Assembly (NCBI GenBank): GCA_965223265.1
Contig: OZ244999.1
Coordinates: 6,816,001-6,880,000, forward strand
Reading direction: 5' to 3'
Length of the DNA stretch: 64,000 nt
Source of the DNA: Planctomycetota bacterium
Lineage (GTDB): Bacteria > Planctomycetota > UBA8108 > SXIK01
The first letter of the stretch is position 1. Each line of letters begins with the position of its first letter. Both the position numbers and the translations under genes were made by a program. A model generated the notes under the pieces. It did no database searches. It was not told where the DNA came from and saw nothing but the letters and a program-made list of their open reading frames with translations. This document shows, piece after piece, positions 39,221-49,547 of this stretch.

Positions 39221-41137
39221 TTAGCTCCGCAAGTGACCTGGCTTGACGTCGAGCTTGAGAGTGATCTTGTAGCCACCCGATTTCTTGTCGGGAGCGGACT
39301 GCGACGTTGAGGTGAAGTACTTCGAACGCTCGGATCGGAACTGCTTGTCAAACTTGATGTGAGCGTCAGACTCTTCAGCGAAGAGCACGACACGCGAGGG
39401 CGACACCTGCCAACGGGGTTTGGGCGCACCGCGATCCCTCTTGCTGCCACCACCAGCTCGCGAACGCTGCAGGCGAAGGTCGAAGTCCATCGACTCGATC
39501 GTGAAGTGCACTCCAGCGCCGTTGAGCACCTCGCCGACGTTCTTCGTCACGTCCACGAAGTCGAGAAAGCGCGCGGCGTCGCCGAGCCCGCCAGCCTTCC
39601 ACTGCTTGAGCTGCTCCTCGGCGGCACGCACCGGATCTCTCCCAGACGGGAGGTCCTTACTGAAGAAATTCTTGTAGGCCATCGCCGACTGTGCCTTTTT
39701 CGTAGCCACTGTCGTCTTGGCTTTTCTGTATTCGTGAAAACTCCAGTACGTCATGTTGAGAAAGAACGCGAAACAGAGAATCGAGCAGGTGAGCAGCGCA
39801 AAACGCAGCTTCTCAAAACGCCGCTCGTAGCGGTAGGGCCCCTTACGAAAATCGACGTTTGAGGTATCGTGCCCGAGCCCCTTCGCCGCCAGCCCGAGGG
39901 CCACACCGCCATGCTTACCCAGTCGCTCGGCTGCCTCGTGGCCGAGGTCGCTGGGCAGGGCATCTCCAAAGTCGAGCTCGACGACGTCGACGTCAAACTC
40001 TTCCTGGAAGAACTGACGCGCCTCGGGTCGACTATGACCGCCGGTCAGGCAGATGAGGTCAACCGGTGCATCGAGCTGATAAGTCGCAAAGGTGCGGTGG
40101 GTCTCGATCGCGATGCGCTCGAGGTAATCACCGTAGTCGAGATTGTGTTCGGTGGTCGTCTCAGGGGCGTCGGAGCTCGGAGCGGCCGGCGTCACATCCA
40201 GCAGTGTCGGCTCGGAGCTCGACGCGGCATTCTGCACGCGTTCGTAGTCCTCGTCGGAGAGAATGGCGATCGGCGGTTCGGTCGGATCCTGCAGGCCGAG
40301 ATCAAATTGATCGGATGCGACCGGCTCAAGGCGCTTCAGCGCCGCCTCGATCTCCTGAAAGCGCGTCTCGATCGAGCCAGAGAAAATCGACTCGCCTTCG
40401 TCTGGGTCGCCGTCACCGCCGCTCAGCGCTGGAGGGCTCACGCCCGCCGGCGCCGCCATCATCCGCTGCCCGGCAGTCACTGCTGCGGCCGTGCGCAGCG
40501 ATCGAACTTTGCGCAGCTTGCCGTCCTGAACGAGCACGATCTTCGTCGAGGTCGAGCCCATGTCAATGATGAGGGCGCTTGCCGTCGGGTCGTAGTAGGG
40601 TGAGAGCGCAAAGGCGTTCGCCACCGCCGCGGCATCGAGATCGAGCGCGATGGGGTCAACGTCTGCACTGCGCAGCGTCGCGAGGTAGTCCTCGATCTGC
40701 TCCTTAGGCACAGCAAAGAGCAGCAGTTGGCTCTTACCGTCCAGTTCGCCGACCTTGATCCACTCCAGGATGACCTCGTCGATGTCAAAGGCGAGAAAGT
40801 GATGCTCCGCCTCAAACGACACGGTTCTCTGGATCTGATCCTCACGCGTGAATGGAATCGAGAACTCACGGATGCCGCAGTCCTTCGCGTCGAGGGCAAC
40901 GACGACTTCCGCGCCCTCGAGCTTTCGTGCTCGCAGGATCTCCCGCACGCGGGCACCCAGGCCGGACGCTTCTTCGTCGCCGCCGCCGGCCTCACCATCT
41001 GCTGAGGCGGCGGGCGGAGACTCCTCATGCAGGTCTGCCTCGAAGAAATCGACGACGCGGTATTTCCGCGGCGCCCCCGCGAGGACGACTCCTTTGAGGG
41101 TCGAAGTTCCGATATCAAGTCCTACTACGACAGCCAT
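39221..41137 (-). CDS. PilM/GspL-like actin-fold protein fused to a TM helix and PilN-like periplasmic domain
   Basis: VGLDIG, IDMGSTST, LTGG, ALGLA, NVDFR, then a TM helix. Confidence 0.85.
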   Translation of the reverse strand: MAVVVGLDIGTSTLKGVVLAGAPRKYRVVDFFEADLHEESPPAASADGEAGGGDEEASGLGARVREILRARKLEGAEVVVALDAKDCGIREFSIPFTREDQIQRTVSFEAEHHFLAFDIDEVILEWIKVGELDGKSQLLLFAVPKEQIEDYLATLRSADVDPIALDLDAAAVANAFALSPYYDPTASALIIDMGSTSTKIVLVQDGKLRKVRSLRTAAAVTAGQRMMAAPAGVSPPALSGGDGDPDEGESIFSGSIETRFQEIEAALKRLEPVASDQFDLGLQDPTEPPIAILSDEDYERVQNAASSSEPTLLDVTPAAPSSDAPETTTEHNLDYGDYLERIAIETHRTFATYQLDAPVDLICLTGGHSRPEARQFFQEEFDVDVVELDFGDALPSDLGHEAAERLGKHGGVALGLAAKGLGHDTSNVDFRKGPYRYERRFEKLRFALLTCSILCFAFFLNMTYWSFHEYRKAKTTVATKKAQSAMAYKNFFSKDLPSGRDPVRAAEEQLKQWKAGGLGDAARFLDFVDVTKNVGEVLNGAGVHFTIESMDFDLRLQRSRAGGGSKRDRGAPKPRWQVSPSRVVLFAEESDAHIKFDKQFRSERSKYFTSTSQSAPDKKSGGYKITLKLDVKPGHLRS

Positions 41138-41186
41138 AATTCCTTTTCGGACGCATTGGCCTGTGAGTTCACTCAGGGACGCTCAC

Positions 41187-42401
41187 TCAGGGGCTCGGGC
41201 TACCGGTAAGGGCCTCCTCTACCTGACGTTTCGCATCTGGGGGCAAGTCCTTGATGCCTTCTCTTAACTCGTCGATTTGCTCGGCCTTCGACTTCGGCGC
41301 CGGAGGCGTGTTCCCGCCAGTCGCACCGCGAGGTGTGGAGGAGCTAGCCGAGTTCGCGGGCGAGCGGCTTGTTGGTGTCGCCGATTTGGCCCGATTCGTT
41401 GGTGAGCGGCGGTTGGCCCTCGAACTGCTTCGGCTCGAGGTTTGGCTAGAACTACGGTTGCGAATCGACGTCCGACTCCCCGGTCGTGCCGGCGACGACT
41501 TGCGCACCCGTTTCGCCTTGAGGGCGTCCGACACCGTGCGCGTCCGCAAAGACCGCTGGTACTCGCGCTCGCGATCCGCCGCTGGTGTGGCCGAGGTATG
41601 ACGCACGATAAACTTCGGTCCCTCGTCTTCCTCGGCGCCTTCCTCCTCCTCGTTTTCCTCCGGCCGAAGTCCGTCTTCGGGACGCGTGAGGTATGGACCC
41701 TCCGGCACGTACGCGAGCGAATACATCTTCGTCGGGCCGGACTCCTCGACCCAGTAAACAAGCTTCTTGGGGTCGGCTGAGTGGACGAAGAAGGTGAGCT
41801 CTTCATCGTCGATCAGCACTTTGCGATCGGACACCGAGAAAAACACCGACGGCGCGGCAGCTACCGGCCGCGTCGTCGTTCGCGCACGACTACTCGCTGG
41901 ACGACGGGTGTTGGGACGTCGAGAGGTGAAGCTCCGTCGTGGCGTGGAGGATTTGCTCGTCTGCTTCTTACGGATGCCAACCCAGTTGCGCATGGGGTCC
42001 TTCGACCAGCCGATGTAGTGGTAGTATTCCCACTCGTTCTCAGCGAGCGGACCGCCCTCGATCTCATCCGCCACCTCGTCCAGTGCACCGGGATCCTCCG
42101 ACGACGGTGACGCACCAGCCGGGAGCGGCTTCACCTTACGCGGTTGCAAGCGCGTACCAACGATCGCAATTTCCCTGGTCGCGTTGGCAGAAGGAAGGGT
42201 GAACCGCGGATCCTTGTGATAAAGGAACTCTTTGAGATCCCTCTCCTTGATCGTAGCCGCTGTGCGCCCACTATCGCTGGCGGTGTCGTCGCGCTGGTAG
42301 CCCTTGTAGGCGCCGATCACAACGCCGCTGACGAGCGCGAGATTGACGACGAGGAGTGCGATGCGCAGATGGGTTACTGACAAGAAACGCGTCAACATCA
42401 C
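41187..42401 (-). CDS. hypothetical bitopic membrane protein with low-complexity charged tracts (possible GspC analogue)
   Basis: N-terminal TM helix; Arg/Ser-rich and Glu-rich tracts; lies between gspK and pilM/gspL. Confidence 0.6.
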   Translation of the reverse strand: MMLTRFLSVTHLRIALLVVNLALVSGVVIGAYKGYQRDDTASDSGRTAATIKERDLKEFLYHKDPRFTLPSANATREIAIVGTRLQPRKVKPLPAGASPSSEDPGALDEVADEIEGGPLAENEWEYYHYIGWSKDPMRNWVGIRKKQTSKSSTPRRSFTSRRPNTRRPASSRARTTTRPVAAAPSVFFSVSDRKVLIDDEELTFFVHSADPKKLVYWVEESGPTKMYSLAYVPEGPYLTRPEDGLRPEENEEEEGAEEDEGPKFIVRHTSATPAADREREYQRSLRTRTVSDALKAKRVRKSSPARPGSRTSIRNRSSSQTSSRSSSRANRRSPTNRAKSATPTSRSPANSASSSTPRGATGGNTPPAPKSKAEQIDELREGIKDLPPDAKRQVEEALTGSPSP

Positions 42402-42457
42402 TCACACCATTTCAGAGTGGCCATCGATTGTTCAAACCGTTTGATTTCGCTCATGGC

Positions 42458-44395
42458 TCAGTTCGTCGCGTGCTGCCAGAAAAGCACTTCCATCATACCT
42501 CGCTGGAGGTCACGGCGAACGAGCAAAGTGCCGCGGGTCAGCGATCGAGACTGCTCCGTCTTGGCACTCATCTTGACTTCAAAGTGCGTACTGCCGAAGA
42601 CTCCGACTTTCTCCAGATCGTTCTGAACGCGCCGGTACAGACTGTCGAGCTCGCCGCTGACTCGATCAACACCGTCGTCGCGGCGCAGTAGATCTTCGGG
42701 TCCGCCGTCGTGACCGTCGATCAGCTCGAGCTGCTCGAGGCTCGTGAAATAGTTCGTCTCAAGGTCTTCGTACGTGCTAGCGACATACTCGCCAGCGGCC
42801 AGCGAGGTCGACAGTTGGGCCAGCTCCTCGTCGGTCGGTGGTGGCTCCCGTCGTGGTTGACCGAGGTCCGGAATCCCGAAGGCGTCCATACGCTCGACGC
42901 CCTCTTCGTCGGAGGCGACCTCTTGAAAACGATTGCGATAGGCCTCGATATTCGTCGCGACGCCGTCGGCCTCGTCTTCCGTCAGCGAACCGAGGAGCCC
43001 AAAGAGCACCTCAACGCCGACCGTATTCAGATTGATCTTCCCTGCCGACTCGGTGCAGAAGAGATCCCGCAGCCCCAGCGGTAGCCGCGGTTCGATCACG
43101 ATCTCTTCGCCGTTCTCGTCCATCTCGATGAGCGGATCGCTCATGCCCCGCGTCAAACCGTTCGCCAGGAGCCGATCGAACCCCGTGCCCATGGGCAGAT
43201 TCGCGTATGGGCCGCCGAACTCACTCAATGCTGACTCGAGCTGCTCGCGCTGCATTTCCAGGTCGTCTTCGCTGAAGAACGGATCGACGAGGACGAAATC
43301 GCCAAACTCGTCGTGCCGCAGGGTGTGCCCCTCGTTCGTCTCGAACTCATCGCCATCTGCTAACTGCGGAATCGGTCCATAGAAAACTTCCGGTGTGATG
43401 GACTCGAGCGTGAGGAGCTCGGTGACGACATGGACGCGGCTATCTTCGAGACTTTGCTGTCGCTCGAGAACGAAGGCGACAATCTCGCTCGCGATCTGGT
43501 CAGGGAAGTACTTTCGATCATACGTATAGCCGCCACGATTCTCATTCAGACTGAAGAGCATGAGGATCGCGCGACGGAGCATCTCCTGCGTCGCCTGAAC
43601 GCGTTCAGGTAGCGGCGGTAGCGGCGGCTCGGGTGGATCATAGGCGCTCAACTCATCCCCGTATCCGTCCCCGGGTAGCGTCGGGTCGGACCCGTCTCCC
43701 TCGCCCTCGCCGACTCGCTGGATGCCGCCACCAGCCCGGGCGTCTCGCCGCTCGCTTAAGACGCGGTCACGTAGCGACTGCGCGGCCTCCTCTGCTGTTC
43801 GCCCCTCGACTGCGTCCAGAAGGTCCTCGTCGTCGAGGCCCACCACGCCGTCGAACTCTTCTCCGGGCAACCGCACGTAGTCAAAGAGACGATTGAGATC
43901 CAGTCGGCTCTCCGTGTCGCGTGTGCGGATCTTCACGGCGATGTTGCCGATATTCTGCTCGTTGTCGAGAAAGATGTTCTCGCGCAAGTAGTCATACCAA
44001 CGCCCGCCAGCTGCTCCACCTGTGAGCGCGGCGTTCTCGCCAGTGAGCGTCGATAGGTCCATCTCCGGCCCCATTCCCGGCAGGCCAGGAATCCCTGCCG
44101 CGGCGGCAGAATCGCCAGCGGGCATCCCGTCCCCACCTGCTCCCGCTTCCAGGTCACGCTTGAGATCTTCGTTCAGAACGGTCATCACGTAGAGCCCAGC
44201 AGAGTAGAGCGCCGCCGCCGCTTCGACTTCGCCGTAGCGCACAGCCGCGATCTTTGCTTCCATGCTGGTGGAAAAGTGCAGGTGCGAGACGACAAGGTAG
44301 AGCACGACGAACAGAATCATGACGAGAAGCAGCGCGATCCCTCGATCGCGTCTCGCTCCGGCGCGCTCACCGAGTTGGGACGCCTGCAGTTGCAT
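42458..44395 (-). CDS. gspK: minor pseudopilin GspK
   Basis: G|IALLLVM (no E5, as typical of GspK), DTESRLDLN, ELLTLESIT, GKINLNT, FTSLEQL. Confidence 0.85.
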   Translation of the reverse strand: MQLQASQLGERAGARRDRGIALLLVMILFVVLYLVVSHLHFSTSMEAKIAAVRYGEVEAAAALYSAGLYVMTVLNEDLKRDLEAGAGGDGMPAGDSAAAAGIPGLPGMGPEMDLSTLTGENAALTGGAAGGRWYDYLRENIFLDNEQNIGNIAVKIRTRDTESRLDLNRLFDYVRLPGEEFDGVVGLDDEDLLDAVEGRTAEEAAQSLRDRVLSERRDARAGGGIQRVGEGEGDGSDPTLPGDGYGDELSAYDPPEPPLPPLPERVQATQEMLRRAILMLFSLNENRGGYTYDRKYFPDQIASEIVAFVLERQQSLEDSRVHVVTELLTLESITPEVFYGPIPQLADGDEFETNEGHTLRHDEFGDFVLVDPFFSEDDLEMQREQLESALSEFGGPYANLPMGTGFDRLLANGLTRGMSDPLIEMDENGEEIVIEPRLPLGLRDLFCTESAGKINLNTVGVEVLFGLLGSLTEDEADGVATNIEAYRNRFQEVASDEEGVERMDAFGIPDLGQPRREPPPTDEELAQLSTSLAAGEYVASTYEDLETNYFTSLEQLELIDGHDGGPEDLLRRDDGVDRVSGELDSLYRRVQNDLEKVGVFGSTHFEVKMSAKTEQSRSLTRGTLLVRRDLQRGMMEVLFWQHATN

Positions 44396-44572
44396 GTCTC
44401 TCCGGTCTCGTCATCCCACGTTTTTCGGTTCCGAGGCTGTCCCACCCTCGCCGCGCCGCTGCAGCACGCGTCGGAAAGGCTCGAGGTCACGGCACGTTTG
44501 GGAAACACAGCTCGCCGCCTCAATCTACGCGCCCGGCCGTTGGCAAACGGTCCGAACACCCAGACAGGTCAT

Positions 44573-44588
44573 AGCAACTCCGATGCCG
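44573..44588 (-). promoter_or_regulatory. sigma54 -24/-12 promoter for gspK operon
   Basis: Minus strand CGGCATC-GGAG-TTGCT; AT-rich tract upstream at about 44640-44670. Confidence 0.7.
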
Positions 44589-44720
44589 CGGCGCTAAAAA
44601 GTGCACAAAACGCCCCTTTCCTTATCGTCACGACTTCCTGAAGTTCTTGTATCATAAACGTTTAATTTTTGTGCTCCAGCCCGGCGCCAACACTGGCGCT
44701 GGGGGTTCCAGCCGCTGCGA

Positions 44721-44739
44721 CTGTTTCAAACTCAAACAC
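44721..44739. promoter_or_regulatory. UAS-like motif, copy 3
   Basis: CTGTTTCAAACTCAAACAC, 14/19 identical to the 22830 motif, about 133 bp upstream of the gspK -24 element. Confidence 0.45.
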
Positions 44740-44827
44740 TCCCGGAACACGGTTCAACAGCCGCCGCCGCCGCGAGACTGGAAAAGAGCTGTAACCCACG
44801 AAATCGACTACAGTTAATGTCCAGACT

Positions 44828-46531
44828 ATGCCCCCACCGATGCCACCGGCGCAGTTAGGGCGACGCTCGCTAGCCGCCGGCGAGCTCCACCGCATCTCGC
44901 ACCGCTTCACCGACGTGGTGGTTCTCGGCACCGGCGTGGCGGGGCTATCAGCTGCGCTGGAGGCCGCCGCTCACCCCCAAACGCGCGTCCTCGTGATCGC
45001 CAAAGAGGGCCTCGAGGAGACGGCGACCCTCTACGCTCAGGGGGGGATCGCGGCGGTTCTCGAGCCGGGGCTCACCGGAGACAGCATCGAGTCGCACATC
45101 GAGGACACCCTTCGCGTCAGCGGCGGCCTCTGTGATCCGGCGGCAGTGCGGGCCACCGTCGTCGAGGGAGTCGAGCGCGTCCGGCAGCTCATTGAGCTCG
45201 GTGCTGAGTGGGATCGCGGCAGCGACGGCACTCTCCACTACACGCTCGAGGCGGGGCACTCGAAGCGGAGGATCCTGCATCGCGGTGACACAACAGGCCG
45301 CGAACTGCAGCGCGTTTTGACGTCAGCGGCGCACGCCCACCCACGCGTCAACATTCTCGAGCACACTTTCGCGATCGACTTGATCACGCCGTCGGTGACG
45401 AGCGAGCGAGACCGACGCGACGACGCCGTCACCGGTGTGCTCGTGTGCCGGCACCACGGCGGTCTGGAGGCGGTGTGGGCCAAACAGACAATTCTCGCCA
45501 CCGGTGGACTCGGCCGACTTTTTCGCGAGACGACGAATCCCACCGTCGCCACTGGCGACGGCGTCGCCATGGCGTTTCGCGCCGGCGCGGTGATTCAGGA
45601 CCTAGAGTTCGTGCAGTTTCACCCGACGACGCTCTATCTGGCTGGCGCCGATCGCTTCCTGATCACAGAGGCGGTTCGCGGCGAAGGCGGCGTGTTGGTC
45701 GATCGACAAGGTCATCGCTTCATGAATCGATTCCACCCGCGCGCTGATTTGGCACCGCGCGACGTGGTTTCGCGTGCCATCATCACGGTGCTGCGCGAGA
45801 GCGGCGACAACAAAGTATTCCTCGACCTGTCGCCCATTCCACCCGAACGCATCCGTGAGCGATTCCCGCAGATTCGAGAAAAGCTGCGCGGCTTCGGGAT
45901 CGACATCCTCAAAGAGCCGATTCCGGTACGGCCGAGCGCACACTATAGCGTCGGTGGCGTGCAAACGGATTTGCAAGGCCGAACGAGCGTACCGGGTCTC
46001 TTCGCCGTCGGTGAAGTCGCTTCCACAGGACTCCACGGCGCCAATCGGTTGGCGTCGAACTCGCTCCTCGAAGGCCTCGTCTTCGGGCACCGGGCCGGCG
46101 CCCGGGCGGCAGAGGAGTCCGTGCAACACCGTCGACCCGAGCCGACGTCGGTCCGCGTCTCACCTGAGAGTTCGACGGCGCCGCCCGGAGTCGATTTGGA
46201 AGACCTCGCGGTGAGCCTCCGTAGTCTGCTGTGGCGGAACGTTGGCGTTGAACGAAATGTCGCAGGCCTCGAAAGGGCACTCGAACAAATCGGCCATTGG
46301 ATCCCGTACGGCCTCGGGAGCAACTTCCACGACGTGAGCAGTTGGACGACCCAAAACATGCTCCAGGTCGCTTATTTACTGTCGCTCAGCGCACTCCGGC
46401 GCCAGGAGTCACGCGGTGTCCATTTTCGCGTCGACTTCCCGGAACCGGACGAACTGAACTGGAACAGACACCTGACGCTTCACCGTAGCGATTTCCTGGA
46501 CGCTCGAAGTGGGAAGACCTCTGAGGCGTAG
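44828..46531 (+). CDS. nadB: L-aspartate oxidase
   Basis: GTGVAGL, YAQGGIAA, EAGHSKRRILH, EFVQFHPT, LITEAVRGEG, LAPRDVVSR, GLHGANRLASNSLLE. Confidence 0.95.
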   Translation: MPPPMPPAQLGRRSLAAGELHRISHRFTDVVVLGTGVAGLSAALEAAAHPQTRVLVIAKEGLEETATLYAQGGIAAVLEPGLTGDSIESHIEDTLRVSGGLCDPAAVRATVVEGVERVRQLIELGAEWDRGSDGTLHYTLEAGHSKRRILHRGDTTGRELQRVLTSAAHAHPRVNILEHTFAIDLITPSVTSERDRRDDAVTGVLVCRHHGGLEAVWAKQTILATGGLGRLFRETTNPTVATGDGVAMAFRAGAVIQDLEFVQFHPTTLYLAGADRFLITEAVRGEGGVLVDRQGHRFMNRFHPRADLAPRDVVSRAIITVLRESGDNKVFLDLSPIPPERIRERFPQIREKLRGFGIDILKEPIPVRPSAHYSVGGVQTDLQGRTSVPGLFAVGEVASTGLHGANRLASNSLLEGLVFGHRAGARAAEESVQHRRPEPTSVRVSPESSTAPPGVDLEDLAVSLRSLLWRNVGVERNVAGLERALEQIGHWIPYGLGSNFHDVSSWTTQNMLQVAYLLSLSALRRQESRGVHFRVDFPEPDELNWNRHLTLHRSDFLDARSGKTSEA

Positions 46532-46710
46532 CCAAAAGCACGTCCTGGAGATAATAATAATGATGACTTGGTCGCCCTGGCGACTCGGAGCCATCGGGCA
46601 TCGACAACACCACGACGCATAACGAACACCGACTCGGCCGACTGTCGGCTCACGGCGCCGGGCACAACTTACTCTACTTTGATAGGGAGCGACGGGCAGA
46701 AGCGAAGCAC

Positions 46711-48009
46711 ATGGAGCAGAACGAACTCAAGACAGAAACGGCGCTCGTCGCCAAGGCAAACGTCTCGCGCGACCGCGCTGAGGAGCCCCTCGCAGAGATC
46801 ACTTCCCTAGCGAAGACAGCAGGAGCTGTTGTCGTCGACAGTGTCGTTCAGAATCTGTCGCGCCCGCACCCTGGAACCTACATGGGACGAGGGAAAGTCG
46901 ACGAAGTGGCGAACCGAGCGAACGAGCTTGACGTCGACATGGTGATCACAGACAACGACCTGAGTCCAGCGCAGGAGCGCAATCTCGAGCGTATCACCAA
47001 CCGCAAAGTGGTCGATCGCAGCCAGCTGATCATGGATATCTTCACGCAGCGCGCGTGCACGCGACAAGCAAAGCTGCAGGTCGAGCTTGCACAGCTTCGC
47101 TATACGCTGCCGCGACTCAAACGCATGTGGACGCATCTCGATCGCTTCAAAGCGGGAATCGGCATGCGCGGCCCAGGTGAAACACAGCTCGAAGAAGACA
47201 AGCGCCTCATCAGCAAGAGAATTCAGAAGCTCAAGAGCCAGCTCAAGAAGATCGAGGAGCGGAGGCAAAACTTCACAACGCGCCGCGAACAAGAATTCGT
47301 TGTCGCGCTCGTCGGCTACACGAACGCCGGCAAGTCGACGCTGCTCAACAAGCTGACCAACTCTGCCGAACTCGTCGAAGACAAACTGTTCGCGACGCTC
47401 GACACGCGCGTTCGCCGCTGGACGCTCGCGGATCACCGCTATGTCCTGCTCACCGACACCGTCGGCTTCATTCGTAATTTGCCCCACCATTTGGTGGCCA
47501 GTTTTCACGCCACTCTGGCGGAGACGCGGGACGCCGATCTGCTCCTGCATGTGGTCGACGCCAGTTCCAAGCAGGCGGAGCAGCACATCCAGACGGTGCG
47601 CCGTGTCCTCCATCAGCTCAAGTGCGACCACAAGGAGTCCTGGGTCGTCTTCAACAAGTGGGACAAGGTGCCTCGAGAGCGACTGATCGAGGCTCGTCAC
47701 CTCGAGGAAAAGCTTCTGCCGAGTGAAAAGTGTTTCCGCGTCTCGGCGCACACAGGTGTTGGACTAGATGAGCTGGCGGCAGCAGTGCTCGATCGACTTC
47801 GACAAGACGACGTCGACATCAAAATCGTTGTGGCGCATCGTCGCGGTGACGTCATCGCCTTTTTGCGTGAAAACGCCAACGTTCGTGAAACGCGCTACGA
47901 AACTGACGGCGTTCACGTCGACGCAAGTCTGTCACCGGCGCGCTTCGCGAAGTTGCGTTCGCTCTATCCAGAGGCGTTTCCGGCGCGAAAGAAGGAGCCA
48001 TGGGAATAA
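46711..48009 (+). CDS. hflX: ribosome-associated GTPase HflX
   Basis: KLQVELAQL, RGPGETQLE, GYTNAGKS, LFATLD, DTVGFI, NKWD. Confidence 0.97.
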   Translation: MEQNELKTETALVAKANVSRDRAEEPLAEITSLAKTAGAVVVDSVVQNLSRPHPGTYMGRGKVDEVANRANELDVDMVITDNDLSPAQERNLERITNRKVVDRSQLIMDIFTQRACTRQAKLQVELAQLRYTLPRLKRMWTHLDRFKAGIGMRGPGETQLEEDKRLISKRIQKLKSQLKKIEERRQNFTTRREQEFVVALVGYTNAGKSTLLNKLTNSAELVEDKLFATLDTRVRRWTLADHRYVLLTDTVGFIRNLPHHLVASFHATLAETRDADLLLHVVDASSKQAEQHIQTVRRVLHQLKCDHKESWVVFNKWDKVPRERLIEARHLEEKLLPSEKCFRVSAHTGVGLDELAAAVLDRLRQDDVDIKIVVAHRRGDVIAFLRENANVRETRYETDGVHVDASLSPARFAKLRSLYPEAFPARKKEPWE

Positions 48010-48121
48010 CCGCGCCATCACGGCATCCTTCGTGCCTGAGGGCTAGCGTAGACGCCGACCCGGTCAACTATCGACGACGTTTCGAGAAGATCACGGCCAA
48101 CTACTGGAACCGAACGCGAAC

Positions 48122-49003
48122 ATGAGCCCACTCACTGGCAACGACTACTACGACATTCTTGGAGTCAGTCGCGACGCGAGTGCCAAAGCGATCCAGAAGG
48201 CATACCGCAAACTGGCGATGAAGTACCACCCGGACAAGAACCCGGGCGACAAAGCGGCCGAAGAGCGCTTCAAGGAGATCTCCGAAGCGTATGAGGTCCT
48301 CTCCGACGAGAAGAAGCGTCAAATGTATGACGCACATGGTACCGAGGGGCTGCGGGACATGGGCTTCGAGGGTTTCGCGACCACCGACGATGTCTTCGCC
48401 CACTTCGGCGACCTCTTTGGCGAGCTGTTCGGCGCGCGCGGGTTCGATCCGGGTGGCTTTCAGACGACGTTTCGCACCGGCCCGCAGATGCCTCGACGTG
48501 GGCGCGACGTGCGGCAGCGAGTGGAGGTAGGATTCCGCGATGCGGCCTTGGGTACTTCACTGCAGCTTCGTGGTGCACACCTAGGAGGGCAGACGATCTC
48601 AGTCAAGATCCCGGCCGGCGTCGATGACGGCTCGGTGCTGCGGCTCAGTCGGCAGGGAGAGGCCGGCGCCGGCGGCGGCGATCGCGGCGACCTTCTTCTC
48701 GAGATCCACGTCCTGTCCGACTCGCAGCTGGAACGCGACGGGCTCAACATACGCTCAGCAATCAAAGTGCCGCTGAAGACCGCACTTCTTGGTGGCACGG
48801 TCGATGTCGCGACGCTGCGCGGGACCATTGGGCTCAAAATTCCACCGATGACGTCTTCGGATACGTGGCTAAGGCTTCGTGGACAAGGAGTGCAGCAGCG
48901 CGAGACGGCTGGCGATCATCTCGTACGCGTCATCATCAAGCTTCCTACGGAACTGCCGGACGAGCTCCGCACGCTGGCGGAAGAGCTGCCGGACGGAGGT
49001 TAG
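48122..49003 (+). CDS. class II J-domain protein (CbpA/DnaJ-like, no Zn finger)
   Basis: [16 protein letters not shown]-rich region, DnaJ_C motifs ([15 protein letters not shown]). Confidence 0.92.
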   Translation: MSPLTGNDYYDILGVSRDASAKAIQKAYRKLAMKYHPDKNPGDKAAEERFKEISEAYEVLSDEKKRQMYDAHGTEGLRDMGFEGFATTDDVFAHFGDLFGELFGARGFDPGGFQTTFRTGPQMPRRGRDVRQRVEVGFRDAALGTSLQLRGAHLGGQTISVKIPAGVDDGSVLRLSRQGEAGAGGGDRGDLLLEIHVLSDSQLERDGLNIRSAIKVPLKTALLGGTVDVATLRGTIGLKIPPMTSSDTWLRLRGQGVQQRETAGDHLVRVIIKLPTELPDELRTLAEELPDGG

Positions 49004-49034
49004 CAGCCCGTTGTTTGCGACATTGGGGACCAGG

Positions 49035-49480
49035 CGGATGACGATGACTTCGTCAGAGGCGGAGGCAGATGACGGACGCAGAGGCCGATGACGGAGTCGG
49101 AGGCTGGAGGCGGATGACTTTGTCAGGGGCGGAGGCAGATGGCGGAGTCGGAGGCTGAGGCAGAGGCAGATGACAGATGCAGATGACGGAGTCGGACCCT
49201 ACAGTTGCATAAGTTTTTCGCGGGAAGGGCTCAGAACCTTGTCGTCAGGTTCGATCGGCGGTTGTGGAGCGTCGCGGCGGACTTCACGTTTGGCGAGGTT
49301 TGCCGGTGTGCCGTATTCCCGCCCACGCCCACGGTCACGCCCACGGTCACGGTCACGCACACCCACACCCACACCCACACCCACACCCACGGTCACGCAA
49401 ACGCGCATGGCCTAAAAGTGCTTCTCTTTTGCAACAATGGGGTCGGAGGCTGATGCAGAGGCTGATGCAGAGTCGGACGA
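49035..49480. repeat. low-complexity degenerate tandem repeats (GATGACGGAGTCGGAGGC / GAGGCAGAT units) interrupted by a MITE
   Basis: Multiple imperfect copies visible directly in the sequence. Confidence 0.75.
49197..49442. mobile_element. MITE family C (about 246 bp) containing hexamer repeats
   Basis: Imperfect TIRs CCCTACAGTTGCATAAG / CTTTTGCAACAATGGGG; TCGGA duplicated on both sides; removal restores a repeat unit; internal CACGCC/CACGGT/CACACC run at about 49320-49397. Confidence 0.65.
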
Positions 49481-49517
49481 GAAGCAGACTCTACAGCATG
49501 TAAGTCTTTCGCACGGA

Positions 49518-49541
49518 CGGCACACGGAGTGTGCCTGCTGC
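49518..49541 (-). repeat. REP-like palindrome (single)
   Basis: CGGCACACGGAGTGTGCCTGCTGC; same family as the pair at 55588-55655. Confidence 0.75.
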
Positions 49542-49547
49542 TTTAGC

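Noticed and set aside
44680-44703. GC hairpin in the gspK-nadB divergent region as a possible ncRNA or tRNA
   Set aside because: No cloverleaf, U-tract or known riboswitch features.
49035-49480. Possible CRISPR array or His/Thr-rich peptide ORFs
   Set aside because: Repeats are irregular with no unique spacers and no cas genes; the small ORFs are microsatellite translations.
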